From: an uncultured bacterium
GTDB taxonomy: Bacteria > Bacillota > Clostridia > Oscillospirales > Oscillospiraceae
NCBI GenBank assembly: GCA_947643715.1
Contig: CANRXB010000012.1
Coordinates: 444-64,443, forward strand
Direction of reading: 5' to 3'
Length of the DNA stretch: 64,000 nt
A program made the translations under genes and the position numbers. Below the pieces are notes generated by a model. That model saw only the letters and a program-made list of their open reading frames with translations, was not told the origin of the DNA and did not search any database. This document shows, one piece after another, positions 28,097 to 36,805 of the stretch (position 1 is its first letter; each line of letters opens with the position of its first letter).

Positions 28097-30157
28097 TCAG
28101 CGGACGATCTTGTAATAGGTCCTGGCTGTGAGCAGGTACACCGCGGCATACACGGCCAGGAAGGCCAGCAGGGTGCCCCCGGTGCACAGCGCCACCGTGG
28201 ACACATGGCGCACCCCGAACAGGGTGAGCATCTGGGCCACCAGGTTGAAATCGAACAGGATGTGGACGGCGGCCACGGCGATGGGCAGGAAGAACACGAT
28301 GAGCACCTGGCTGCGGATGGAGGACCTGACCTCCCGCTGGCTCAGGCCCACCTTGCGCATGATCTCAAAGCGGCCCTGGTCCTCGTAGCCCTCGGACACC
28401 TGCTTGTAATAGATGATGAGCACTGTGGCCATGAGGAAGAGGATGCCCAGTATGATGCCCAGGAACAGGAAACCGCCTGCCATGGAATAGCCGTCCACCG
28501 CCATCTCGGCCCGGCTGTCCGCCCGCCAATAGGACCAGGAGCCCGTCCCCGCGAAGAAGCTCTCGTCCAGGGACGCCTCGCTCCACGCGTCCATCAGGGC
28601 CAGCTCCTGCTCATCGGTGCAGTCCAGATCCACCAGCAGGACGGCGGCAAGATCGGCGGCGTAGCTCTCCAGCGCGGCCTGCTGCAAGGACCAGAAGCTT
28701 TCCAGCGTGGAGTGGTCCGGCACCACGACGCACAGCGTTTCGTTCATGTCGAAGGTGGTGTCGAAATACTCGACGGCGGGCAGGGTCTGGACGACGGTGA
28801 GGCCCTGAGGCTCCCCCACCTCGTCTCCCCCGCTGATGCGGATGCCCTGGAACGTGAGCTCAGGGCCGAAACCGTCGGGCAGACTGCCGCACACCGCCGC
28901 TTCCCCCGGCTGGAGGACCGGGACCTGCTGCCCGGTGAGGGAGGTATAGCCCTCTGCAGTGAGGAGGTAGACGGCCCGGCGGTCGTTGTTGGGCCCTTCG
29001 CGGCCCACCTCCAACCGGTGGGTCTCCGGATCGGCATAGGCATTGAAGTGCAGGTATCCCGCCGCATCCAGGCTCGTGACGGGAACGCCCTGGCTCTGCG
29101 CGAACCGCTCCACCAGCGCCTTCGCGCCGTCCAGGTCCAGGGCCTGTCCTTGGGCCGGGTCGAACATGACGGTCATGGTCAGGGCGGCGGGGTACTGGGC
29201 GGCGATGATCTCCCCTTGGCCGAGGTAGAGGGCCAGGGTGCCCGAGATCATCACCATCACCATGGTGGACAGGATGCAGATGTTGGACAGCCCCACGGCG
29301 TTGCGCTTCATGCGGTAGAGCATCCCGGACACCCCGATGAAGTGGCCGGTCCGATAATAGAACCGCTTGTTCTTTCGCAGCATCTTCAGCAGCGCGATGC
29401 TCCCGGCGGTGAAGAGGCAGTAGGTGCCGATGATGACCAGGATGACCGCCAGGAAATAGAGGACCACGGCGAACACGGGGTCGGTGGTGGTGACGGCGAT
29501 GAGATAACCCGCGCCCAATGCCGCCGCGCCTATCACGGCCAGCAGCCAGCGGGTCCTGGGCTCGCGCTCGCCCACGCTCCCGCCGCGCAGCAGCTCGATG
29601 GGGTCGGACACCCGCACTTTCAGCAGGTCCAGCACCAGGGCCAGGATCAGTAGGCCCCCGAAGAACACCGCCGTCGTCATCATCGCGGGCAGGGAGACGG
29701 AGGAATGGAACGGGATGTGGAAGCGCAGCAGGGAGGTCAGCGCGACGGTGGCTAGCTTGTGGAGCGCCACGCCGCACAGCAGACCGCCGCCGATGCCGAT
29801 GATGGCAGTATACAGGCTCTCCCAGCACTGGATGAGGGCGATGTTCCCCTTGCCCATGCCCAGGATATTGTACAGGGCCAGTTCCTTTTTCCGCTGCTTC
29901 ATCAAGAAGCTGTTGATATACAGCAGCAGTATGGCGGACAGGATCCCCGCCACGAACATACCGATCTGCATCATCACCATGACATAGGCGAAGCCCCGCA
30001 TCTCCAGCACGCCGGGGTCGGAACACAGGGCGCACATGACATAGAAGGCGGCGATCGATCCGGCCAGAGCCAACAGGTAGGGCAAAAAGAACCGGCGGTT
30101 CTGCTTCATGCCCTGGGCCGCCAGCTTGGGATACAGTCCGTTACGCAAGGCGCTCAC
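28097..30157 (-). CDS. FtsX-like (BceB-type) ABC permease
   Basis: RKKELALYNILGMGK, large extracellular loop, IYYKQVSEGYED, MRKVGL. Confidence 0.9.
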   Translation of the reverse strand: MSALRNGLYPKLAAQGMKQNRRFFLPYLLALAGSIAAFYVMCALCSDPGVLEMRGFAYVMVMMQIGMFVAGILSAILLLYINSFLMKQRKKELALYNILGMGKGNIALIQCWESLYTAIIGIGGGLLCGVALHKLATVALTSLLRFHIPFHSSVSLPAMMTTAVFFGGLLILALVLDLLKVRVSDPIELLRGGSVGEREPRTRWLLAVIGAAALGAGYLIAVTTTDPVFAVVLYFLAVILVIIGTYCLFTAGSIALLKMLRKNKRFYYRTGHFIGVSGMLYRMKRNAVGLSNICILSTMVMVMISGTLALYLGQGEIIAAQYPAALTMTVMFDPAQGQALDLDGAKALVERFAQSQGVPVTSLDAAGYLHFNAYADPETHRLEVGREGPNNDRRAVYLLTAEGYTSLTGQQVPVLQPGEAAVCGSLPDGFGPELTFQGIRISGGDEVGEPQGLTVVQTLPAVEYFDTTFDMNETLCVVVPDHSTLESFWSLQQAALESYAADLAAVLLVDLDCTDEQELALMDAWSEASLDESFFAGTGSWSYWRADSRAEMAVDGYSMAGGFLFLGIILGILFLMATVLIIYYKQVSEGYEDQGRFEIMRKVGLSQREVRSSIRSQVLIVFFLPIAVAAVHILFDFNLVAQMLTLFGVRHVSTVALCTGGTLLAFLAVYAAVYLLTARTYYKIVR

Positions 30158-30908
30158 CCCCGTCGGTCAGGCGGGCAAGGACCTCGGTGATAAGGCGGAA
30201 CATCTGCCCGTCGGTGCGCTCCTCCCGATAGAGCTGATGATACACCCGTCCGTCCCGGATGAACAGCACCCGTCCGGCCCGGCTGGCCGCGGCAGTGGAG
30301 TGGGTGACCATGAGCACGGTCTGGCCCGCCTGGTTGATCCTGGTGAACAGGTCCATGAGGCTGTCCGCGGCCCGGGAATCCAGCGCGCCGGTGGGCTCGT
30401 CGGCCAAAACGATCTGCGGCTGGGTGATAAGGGCGCGGGCCACGGCGCACCGCTGCTTTTGTCCGCCGGACACCTCGTAGGGATATTTGTCCAGCAGCTT
30501 CTCGATGCCCAGGGTCTGCGCCAGAGGGATGAGACGCCGTTCCATCTCCGAGTGCCGCTTCCCCGCCAGGACCAGGGGCAGGAAGATGTTGTCCCGGAGG
30601 CTGAAGGTATCCAGCAGGTTGAAGTCTTGGAACACGAAGCCCAGGTTGTCCCTGCGGAACGCCGCCAGCTCCTTCTCTTTGACGGCGCCCAGCTCCCGCC
30701 CCGCCAGGAGCACCGACCCGGCAGTGGGCCGGTCCAGCGCGGCCAGGATGTTCAGCAGGGTGGTCTTGCCTGAGCCGGATTCGCCCATGATGGCCACGTA
30801 TTCCCCCTGCTCTACGGTGAAGGACACATCGGCCAGGGCCTCCACCTTCTGGCCGCCGAAACGGGTGGAGTACACTTTCTTCACATGACTGACTTCTAGG
30901 ATCGACAT
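30141..30908 (-). CDS. ABC ATP-binding protein (BceA/LolD-type)
   Basis: GESGSGKTT, FVFQDFNLLD, VSGGQKQR, ADEPTGALD. Confidence 0.95.
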   Translation of the reverse strand: MSILEVSHVKKVYSTRFGGQKVEALADVSFTVEQGEYVAIMGESGSGKTTLLNILAALDRPTAGSVLLAGRELGAVKEKELAAFRRDNLGFVFQDFNLLDTFSLRDNIFLPLVLAGKRHSEMERRLIPLAQTLGIEKLLDKYPYEVSGGQKQRCAVARALITQPQIVLADEPTGALDSRAADSLMDLFTRINQAGQTVLMVTHSTAAASRAGRVLFIRDGRVYHQLYREERTDGQMFRLITEVLARLTDGGERLA

Positions 30909-31072
30909 AACGGGATCTCCTCCAAACCTTCAAACTGTATTATCTGTGCTGGTACGGATAGTATACAAAAAAAGGGTTAAGAAGCCAGAGGGGAAAATCG
31001 AAAGATTTCATTAAGGCTGCCGGGGGCGGGGCGCGTCGCTGGAGATCGGAGCAACGGATCGGCTCACCATCC

Positions 31073-31109
31073 AAAAAAACGGAGAGCTGCCTTTATTGGC
31101 AGCTCTCCG
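31073..31109 (-). terminator. Intrinsic terminator with no upstream CDS on its strand
   Basis: CGGAGAGCTGCC/GGCAGCTCTCCG 12-bp stem plus 7 T on the - strand. Confidence 0.8.
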
Positions 31110-31290
31110 CTGAGCCGGGACCTATGTCATCGTTCGATAGGGAGACCGTGCTGCTTCAAGAAGGAGAGTTTGTCCCAATATCCCCGTTGGAACGATATCT
31201 TTCCATTCACGACATGAAAGGATCCGCATCCACGCAGCCCCAGCCGAATCGACCCGGTTTTGTAGAAACTGCCGATGTGATACCTCAGCG
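31108..31290 (-). ncRNA. Candidate structured ncRNA, 6S RNA-like
   Basis: 183 nt closed by CGCTGAG/CTCAGCG; long imperfect hairpin with central bubble; G-U pairs favour the - strand; ends at the orphan terminator. Confidence 0.45.
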
Positions 31291-31337
31291 ATCCGTTGGC
31301 AATACCTTTCTCAAAAGGGACATCGATCCATATGAAC

Positions 31338-31366
31338 TTGCTTTTTCCCGTCTCTTCTGGTATACT
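31338..31366 (+). promoter_or_regulatory. sigA promoter of the GH13 gene
   Basis: TTGCTT-N17-TATACT. Confidence 0.6.
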
Positions 31367-31422
31367 GATGACTCACGGCCTTTCCGGCCATGAAATACAG
31401 CCAGAGAAAGGGAGTGACGCCC

Positions 31423-32733
31423 ATGTGGGCGGAACAAAGCGTTTTTTATCAGATCTATCCCCTGGGTTTTTGCGGGGCCCCCAGAGAAAATGACGGCGTA
31501 CAGGCCAGCCGTATCGGGAAGATCGGCGATTGGGCCGGTCATATCCAGAAGCTAGGCGCGGATGCGGTATACTTGTCCCCCATCTTCGAGAGCGACCATC
31601 ACGGCTACGACACCAGAGACTACCGCAAGGTGGACTGCCGCCTGGGCACCAACCAGGAGTTCGCCCAGGTGTGCCAGACCCTCCACGACCACGGGATCAA
31701 GGTGGTGCTGGATGGGGTGTTCAATCATGTGGGACGCGGTTTCTGGGCCTTCCGGGACGTACAGGAGAAAAGATGGGACTCCCCCTACAAGGACTGGTTC
31801 CACATCGATTTCAACGGTGACTCCAACTACGGCGACGGCTTCTGGTACGAGGGCTGGGAAGGCCACTATGAGCTGGTGAAGCTCAACCTGCGCAACCCGG
31901 CCGTGGTGGACCACCTGCTGGAGTGTGTGAAGTCCTGGGTGGACCAGTTCGACATCGACGGGCTGCGGCTGGACGTGGCCTATTGCTTGGACAAGGACTT
32001 CCTGCACCGTCTGCGCGGATATTGTGACGCGCTGAAGCCCGATTTCTTCCTGGTGGGCGAGACTCTCCACGGCGATTACAACCAGTGGGTCAACGACCAG
32101 ATGCTCCACTCCTGCACCAATTACGAGTGCTATAAGGGCCTGTATTCCGCTCTGAACTCCATGAACCTGTTCGAGATCGTCCACAGCCTGAAGCGGCAGT
32201 TCGGCCCGGAGCAGTGGACGCTGTACAAGGGAAAGCATCTGCTGTGCTTCGCCGACAACCACGACGTCACCCGGGCCGCCAGTATCCTCCAGGTCCCCGA
32301 GCACCTGCCCCTGATGTACGGCCTGCTGTTCGGTATGCCCGGCATCCCCTGCGTGTACTACGGCAGCGAGTGGGGCGCTCAGGGCAGCAAGTCCCAAGGG
32401 GACGACGCCCTGCGGCCCAGCTTCGACAAGCCGGAATGGAACGGGCTCACCGACCAGATCGCCGCCATGGCGAAGGCCCACAAGCAGAGCGAAGCTTTGT
32501 GCTGGGGCGATCTCAAGGATCTGCTCCTCACCAACAAGCAGACCGTGTTCCAGCGCCGCAGCGAGCACGAGCGGGTGCTCGTGGCCGTGAACGCCGACAG
32601 CCAGCCCTATTGGGCCCACTTCGACGCCGGGTGCGGGCAGGCGGTGGACCTGCTGACCGGACAGCTCCACGACTTCGGCGGCGGCAGCGAGCTGCCCCCC
32701 TACAGCGTGTCCTTCTGGAAATGTGAGCGCTGA
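31423..32733 (+). CDS. GH13 alpha-amylase family (cyclomaltodextrinase/neopullulanase-like)
   Basis: VLDGVFNHVG, IDGLRLDVA, LVGETLHG, FADNHD; start set at ATG 31423. Confidence 0.92.
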   Translation: MWAEQSVFYQIYPLGFCGAPRENDGVQASRIGKIGDWAGHIQKLGADAVYLSPIFESDHHGYDTRDYRKVDCRLGTNQEFAQVCQTLHDHGIKVVLDGVFNHVGRGFWAFRDVQEKRWDSPYKDWFHIDFNGDSNYGDGFWYEGWEGHYELVKLNLRNPAVVDHLLECVKSWVDQFDIDGLRLDVAYCLDKDFLHRLRGYCDALKPDFFLVGETLHGDYNQWVNDQMLHSCTNYECYKGLYSALNSMNLFEIVHSLKRQFGPEQWTLYKGKHLLCFADNHDVTRAASILQVPEHLPLMYGLLFGMPGIPCVYYGSEWGAQGSKSQGDDALRPSFDKPEWNGLTDQIAAMAKAHKQSEALCWGDLKDLLLTNKQTVFQRRSEHERVLVAVNADSQPYWAHFDAGCGQAVDLLTGQLHDFGGGSELPPYSVSFWKCER

Positions 32734-32786
32734 CCCCAGTCGGGACGCTCTCCCCTCCCCGCGCAGACCGGCCTGGAACGTTTGAG

Positions 32787-32824
32787 GACGCCCCCGGGAG
32801 CGATGCTCCCGGGGGCGTCTTTTA
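32787..32824. terminator. Terminator between convergent GH13 and feo genes
   Basis: GACGCCCCCGGGAGC/GCTCCCGGGGGCGTC stem plus T run. Confidence 0.8.
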
Positions 32825-32995
32825 CTTCTTCGGATGACAGATGTTTTTCGACGGGCAGCTATCGCACCCGCAGCCGCAGCCGGACCTGCCGGACCGTCTG
32901 CCCCGCCGCATGGACCACACGGCTCCGGCCAACGCCGCCGCTACCAGGAACAGCACCAGGATCGTGCCCAGCTCCTCACGCAAAAACTGCATCAT
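32822..32995 (-). CDS. FeoB-associated Cys-rich membrane protein (57 aa; below the ORF-track cutoff)
   Basis: Manual translation MMQFLREELGTILVLFLVAAALAGAVWSMRRGRRSGRSGCGCGCDSCPSKNICHPKK, immediately after feoB. Confidence 0.85.
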   Translation of the reverse strand: MMQFLREELGTILVLFLVAAALAGAVWSMRRGRRSGRSGCGCGCDSCPSKNICHPKK

Positions 32996-32998
32996 GGC

Positions 32999-35380
32999 TC
33001 ATACCCGGGCAGCGCCGGCGCTCCGCTTGGAGGAAGTGCCGGACGGCTTCGCGGCCGGCCGGAACAGCAGGTACAGCATACCGGCCAGCACCGCAACCGC
33101 CGCGACCGTGAACAGATTGAACGCCACCTCTCCGGCGATCAGCCCGCCCAGTTGATAGACGATGAAGGAGATCGCATAGGCAAAGGCACACATGTAGCCG
33201 ATGGCGCGCCATGTCCACCTGCTGTCGTTCATCTCCCGCTTGATCGCGCCCATGGCCGCGAAGCAGGGGGCGCACAGCAGGTTGAAGATCATGAAGGAAT
33301 AGGCGGACAGTCCGGAGAACGTCGCACCGATGTTGGCGATGAAGTCGCCCGGATACAGCACCTTCATCGTGGCCACCACCTCCTCCTTGGCGATGAGGCC
33401 GGTGAGCGTGGCCACGGCCGTCTGCCATGAGCCAAAGCCCAGGGGGATGAAAACGAACGCCACGATCCGGCCCATGCTGGCCAGCAGGGAGTGGTCGTTG
33501 TCGGACACCACGCCGAAGCTGCCGCCCTCGAAGCCGAACCCCTGGAGGAACCACAGGATGACGGTGGACAGCAGGATGACGGTGCCCGCCCGTTTGATAA
33601 AGGACCATCCCCGGTCCCAGGTGGTGCGGAGCACGTTCTTCATGCACGGAGCGTGATAGGCGGGCAGCTCCATGACGAAGGGCGCGGCGTCCCCTGTAAA
33701 GACCCGGAACTTTTTCAGCATGATCCCGGACACTACCACCGCAGCCACGCCGATGAAGTAGGCCGACACCGCCACCCATACGGAGCGGCCGAACAGCGCC
33801 CCGGCGAACATCCCTATGATCGGCATCTTGGCGCTGCACGGGATGAAGCAGGTGGTCATGATGGTCATCTTGCGGTCCCGGTCCTGGTCGATGGTGCGGG
33901 AGGCCATGACCCCGGGCACACCGCAGCCGGTGGCCACCAGCATGGGGATGAAGGACTTGCCGGACAGGCCGAACCGGCGGAACAGCCGGTCCATGATGAA
34001 GGCGACTCGGGACATATAGCCCACGTCCTCCACGATGGCCAGCAGCAGGAACAGCACCAGGAGCTGCGGCACGAAGCCCAGCACGGCTCCCACACCGCCT
34101 ACGATGCCGTCCAGCACCAGAGACCTCACCACCTCATCGCAATGGATGGCCTCCAGGGCGTCCCCAACGACCACAGGCAGGCCGGGGATCCATGTACCAT
34201 AGTCGTTTGGATCCGGCTGCGCCACCGCGAGGGCTTTGGCATAGGCGCCGGCGTCCGCCGCCAGCCGGATGGTCTCGCCCATGTCCTCGTTGTAGAGATA
34301 TGCCTCCGCCTCCCCCGCTCCATACGCGGCGATGATGGCCTGCGCCTCCTCGAAAGCTGCGCACGCCTCGTCCCAGGCGTCGGTATCGGCCGTGAACGGG
34401 AGGAACCAGCCGTCGCCGAACAGGCCGTCGTTGGCCCAGTCGGACGCCCTGGCCCCCACGGATATCCTCCAGGGCCCCATGGCGATGGCGTAGATCAGGA
34501 ACATCACGCCCACGAAGATGGGCAGCGCCAGCACCCGGTCCGTGACCACCTGGTCGATCTTGTCCGAGGCGGTGGCTGAGTTCTTCGCTGCTTTCTTGAC
34601 CACTGCCTTGCCCACCACACCGCCGATGTAATCATACCGCTGGTTCGTGATGATGGACTCGGCGTCGTCGTCCAGCTCGGCCTCGCAGTCGGCGATATGT
34701 CCCTCCAGATGGGCCCTCAGCTCCTCATCGACCGCCAGCTCCTCCAGCACCTTCTCGTCCCGTTCGAACACCTTGATGGCATACCAGCGCAGGTAGCTGC
34801 CGTCCACCCTGCTTTGGATGGACTCCTCGATGTGGGCCAGGGCGTGCTCCACGCTGCCGGTGAACACATGGGGATGCTCCCCCGCCTTGTGGGCCTTGAC
34901 CTGGGCCATGGCCCGCTCTGCGGCGTCCACCCCGCCCTCGCCCTTCAGCGCGGACATCTCCACCACCTCGCAGCCCAGCGCCTTGCCCAGCTTGGCCAGA
35001 TCGATCTTGTCCCCATTCTTCCGCACCAGATCGATCATGTTCACGGCCACCACCACGGGCAGCCCCAGTTCGATGAGCTGAGTGGTGAGATACAGGTTCC
35101 GCTCGATGTTCGTGCCGTCCACGACGTTGAGTATGGCGTCCGGCCGCTCCTTCACCAGATAGTCCCGGGCCACCACCTCCTCCAGCGTATACGGGGACAG
35201 GGAGTAGATCCCGGGCAGATCTTGGATGATCACATCGTTGTAGCCCTTGAGCTTCCCTTCCTTCTTCTCCACCGTGACGCCGGGCCAGTTCCCCACATAT
35301 TGGTTGGAACCGGTGAGGGCGTTGAACAGCGTGGTCTTGCCGCAGTTCGGATTGCCCGCCAGCGCGATCTTGATATCCAT
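32999..35380 (-). CDS. feoB: Ferrous iron transporter B
   Basis: GNPNCGKT, VGNWPGVTVE, DLPGIYSL, GCGVPG, FIPCSAK. Confidence 0.97.
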   Translation of the reverse strand: MDIKIALAGNPNCGKTTLFNALTGSNQYVGNWPGVTVEKKEGKLKGYNDVIIQDLPGIYSLSPYTLEEVVARDYLVKERPDAILNVVDGTNIERNLYLTTQLIELGLPVVVAVNMIDLVRKNGDKIDLAKLGKALGCEVVEMSALKGEGGVDAAERAMAQVKAHKAGEHPHVFTGSVEHALAHIEESIQSRVDGSYLRWYAIKVFERDEKVLEELAVDEELRAHLEGHIADCEAELDDDAESIITNQRYDYIGGVVGKAVVKKAAKNSATASDKIDQVVTDRVLALPIFVGVMFLIYAIAMGPWRISVGARASDWANDGLFGDGWFLPFTADTDAWDEACAAFEEAQAIIAAYGAGEAEAYLYNEDMGETIRLAADAGAYAKALAVAQPDPNDYGTWIPGLPVVVGDALEAIHCDEVVRSLVLDGIVGGVGAVLGFVPQLLVLFLLLAIVEDVGYMSRVAFIMDRLFRRFGLSGKSFIPMLVATGCGVPGVMASRTIDQDRDRKMTIMTTCFIPCSAKMPIIGMFAGALFGRSVWVAVSAYFIGVAAVVVSGIMLKKFRVFTGDAAPFVMELPAYHAPCMKNVLRTTWDRGWSFIKRAGTVILLSTVILWFLQGFGFEGGSFGVVSDNDHSLLASMGRIVAFVFIPLGFGSWQTAVATLTGLIAKEEVVATMKVLYPGDFIANIGATFSGLSAYSFMIFNLLCAPCFAAMGAIKREMNDSRWTWRAIGYMCAFAYAISFIVYQLGGLIAGEVAFNLFTVAAVAVLAGMLYLLFRPAAKPSGTSSKRSAGAARV

Positions 35381-35441
35381 TGGTCAATCTACCTCTCCTT
35401 CGTCCGATAGGATTAGCATCAGCTAACCCATGGTCAAAATT

Positions 35442-35663
35442 TTAAGCCAATTCGATCGTGGCCGCATCGGCTTTTCGTATGCTCAGCTCGTATCCCCGAA
35501 CCGTGAGCTCCATCGGATCGCCCAGAGGCGCCATCTTCCGGACATAGATCTCCACGCCCTTGGTGATCCCCATATCCATGATGCGGCGCCTCACTGCGCC
35601 TTCGCCATAGAGCCGGGCCACGATGACGCTTTCGCCCACCTTCGCATCCTTGAGTGTCCTCAT
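35442..35663 (-). CDS. feoA: Ferrous iron transport protein A
   Basis: RRRIMDMGITKG, APLGDPMELTVRGYELSIRKADA; start set at ATG 35663. Confidence 0.95.
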   Translation of the reverse strand: MRTLKDAKVGESVIVARLYGEGAVRRRIMDMGITKGVEIYVRKMAPLGDPMELTVRGYELSIRKADAATIELA

Positions 35664-35811
35664 ATCGTCTCCCCCTTTCGGCTTTTCGAGGCCGAGATCC
35701 GCCCCCGTCATCTCGACGATCGCGGCCCCCCGCCAGACAGCGCCATCGCCAACTGCCCCCGCCGCTCAGCAGCGAGAGGTCAAAAGGCGCTGACCCCTTT
35801 TGATCACATGC

Positions 35812-35840
35812 AGTTTACCACAGCTAACCAGCCTTGTCAA
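35812..35840 (-). promoter_or_regulatory. feo promoter with overlapping GTTAGC-type operator
   Basis: TTGACA-N17-TAAACT; GTTAGCTGTGGTAAAC sits in the spacer and -10. Confidence 0.6.
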
Positions 35841-35903
35841 TAGGGGACCGCCACTTCTGCCCCAGCTTTTTGCGCACCGGCCTGCCCCAGAGGTCCGGCG
35901 GCC

Positions 35904-36689
35904 TCAGCCACCGATCCCCCGCCAGACATTGTATACGCAGATGACGATGATCGCCCCCATCAGTCCCATGAACAGCCTCTCCACCAACCTATCGTCCATC
36001 CTTTTGTTCAGTATGCGCCCTACGATGCCGCCCCCTACGCCGCCGCCCACCATCACCAGCAGCACCGGCCAGCGAAAATCGGGCACGGTGTGGGTGAACA
36101 GCGTGGTGAACAGGCTGGCGAGCTGGCTGAACAGGATGATGTACAGGCTGTTCGCCGCCGCGGTCTTCGTCTCCATGCTGAAAAAGAAGTACAGCACCAC
36201 CAGGTTGATGGGACCGCCGCCGATGCCCAAAAAGCTGGACATGACTCCCAGGACCAGACCGATCGCCACACATGCGCCCGGAGCCGCGATCCGATGCGTA
36301 TGGATGCGGCCCTTGTTCACCGTGTATATCAGCGTGCCCAGCGTGATGGCCCCCAGGCAGGCGGCTTGGACCGCGCCCACCACCCCCTGATCTGCGAACA
36401 TGGACCTCAAAAGATCGAAAAGCTGCTTGCCCGCCAAGCCTCCCAGCGCCGCGCCGATGACCAGAGGCGTGCCCGTGCGCACGTCCACCCCGCTGTCGCC
36501 CTTGGTCAAAGCCCGCGTGACGGAATAGCAGCTCATCGACAAGACCGTACAGCCGGACAAAAAGCTGATGGTGGCCACGCTCTCCAGGCTCAGCATGTCC
36601 AGCACCGGTTTGATGACCACGCCGCCGCCGATGCCGCAGATGGCCCCCACCACGCTGGCCAAAAAGCTCACTATGAAAAAGATCGCCAT
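35904..36689 (-). CDS. TauE/SafE (TSUP) family exporter
   Basis: GAICGIGGGVVIKP, LGIGGGPINL, AAANSLYIILFSQ; fully hydrophobic. Confidence 0.88.
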   Translation of the reverse strand: MAIFFIVSFLASVVGAICGIGGGVVIKPVLDMLSLESVATISFLSGCTVLSMSCYSVTRALTKGDSGVDVRTGTPLVIGAALGGLAGKQLFDLLRSMFADQGVVGAVQAACLGAITLGTLIYTVNKGRIHTHRIAAPGACVAIGLVLGVMSSFLGIGGGPINLVVLYFFFSMETKTAAANSLYIILFSQLASLFTTLFTHTVPDFRWPVLLVMVGGGVGGGIVGRILNKRMDDRLVERLFMGLMGAIIVICVYNVWRGIGG

Positions 36690-36717
36690 CGTCCCTTCCC
36701 TCCCATATCCCTCGACC

Positions 36718-36746
36718 TTGACACAAGGTCTCCATACCGATATAAT
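36718..36746 (+). promoter_or_regulatory. Consensus sigA promoter of the ROK regulator
   Basis: TTGACA-N17-TATAAT. Confidence 0.75.
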
Positions 36747-36805
36747 ATATCAAAACCGATCAAAATTCCAGCTCTTTTGGATCGTCCCATGAGAGGCGGT
36801 GCGGT

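Noticed and set aside
31245-31275. GTTTCTAC (purine-riboswitch-like) and GAAGCAGC (SRP-like) words in the ncRNA candidate
   Set aside because: The remaining conserved elements of those RNAs are missing or wrongly spaced; the end-to-end rod fold explains the region better
32976-33839. 287-aa minus-strand ORF at the feoB 3' end
   Set aside because: Alternative frame inside feoB; the real downstream gene is the 57-aa Cys-rich protein
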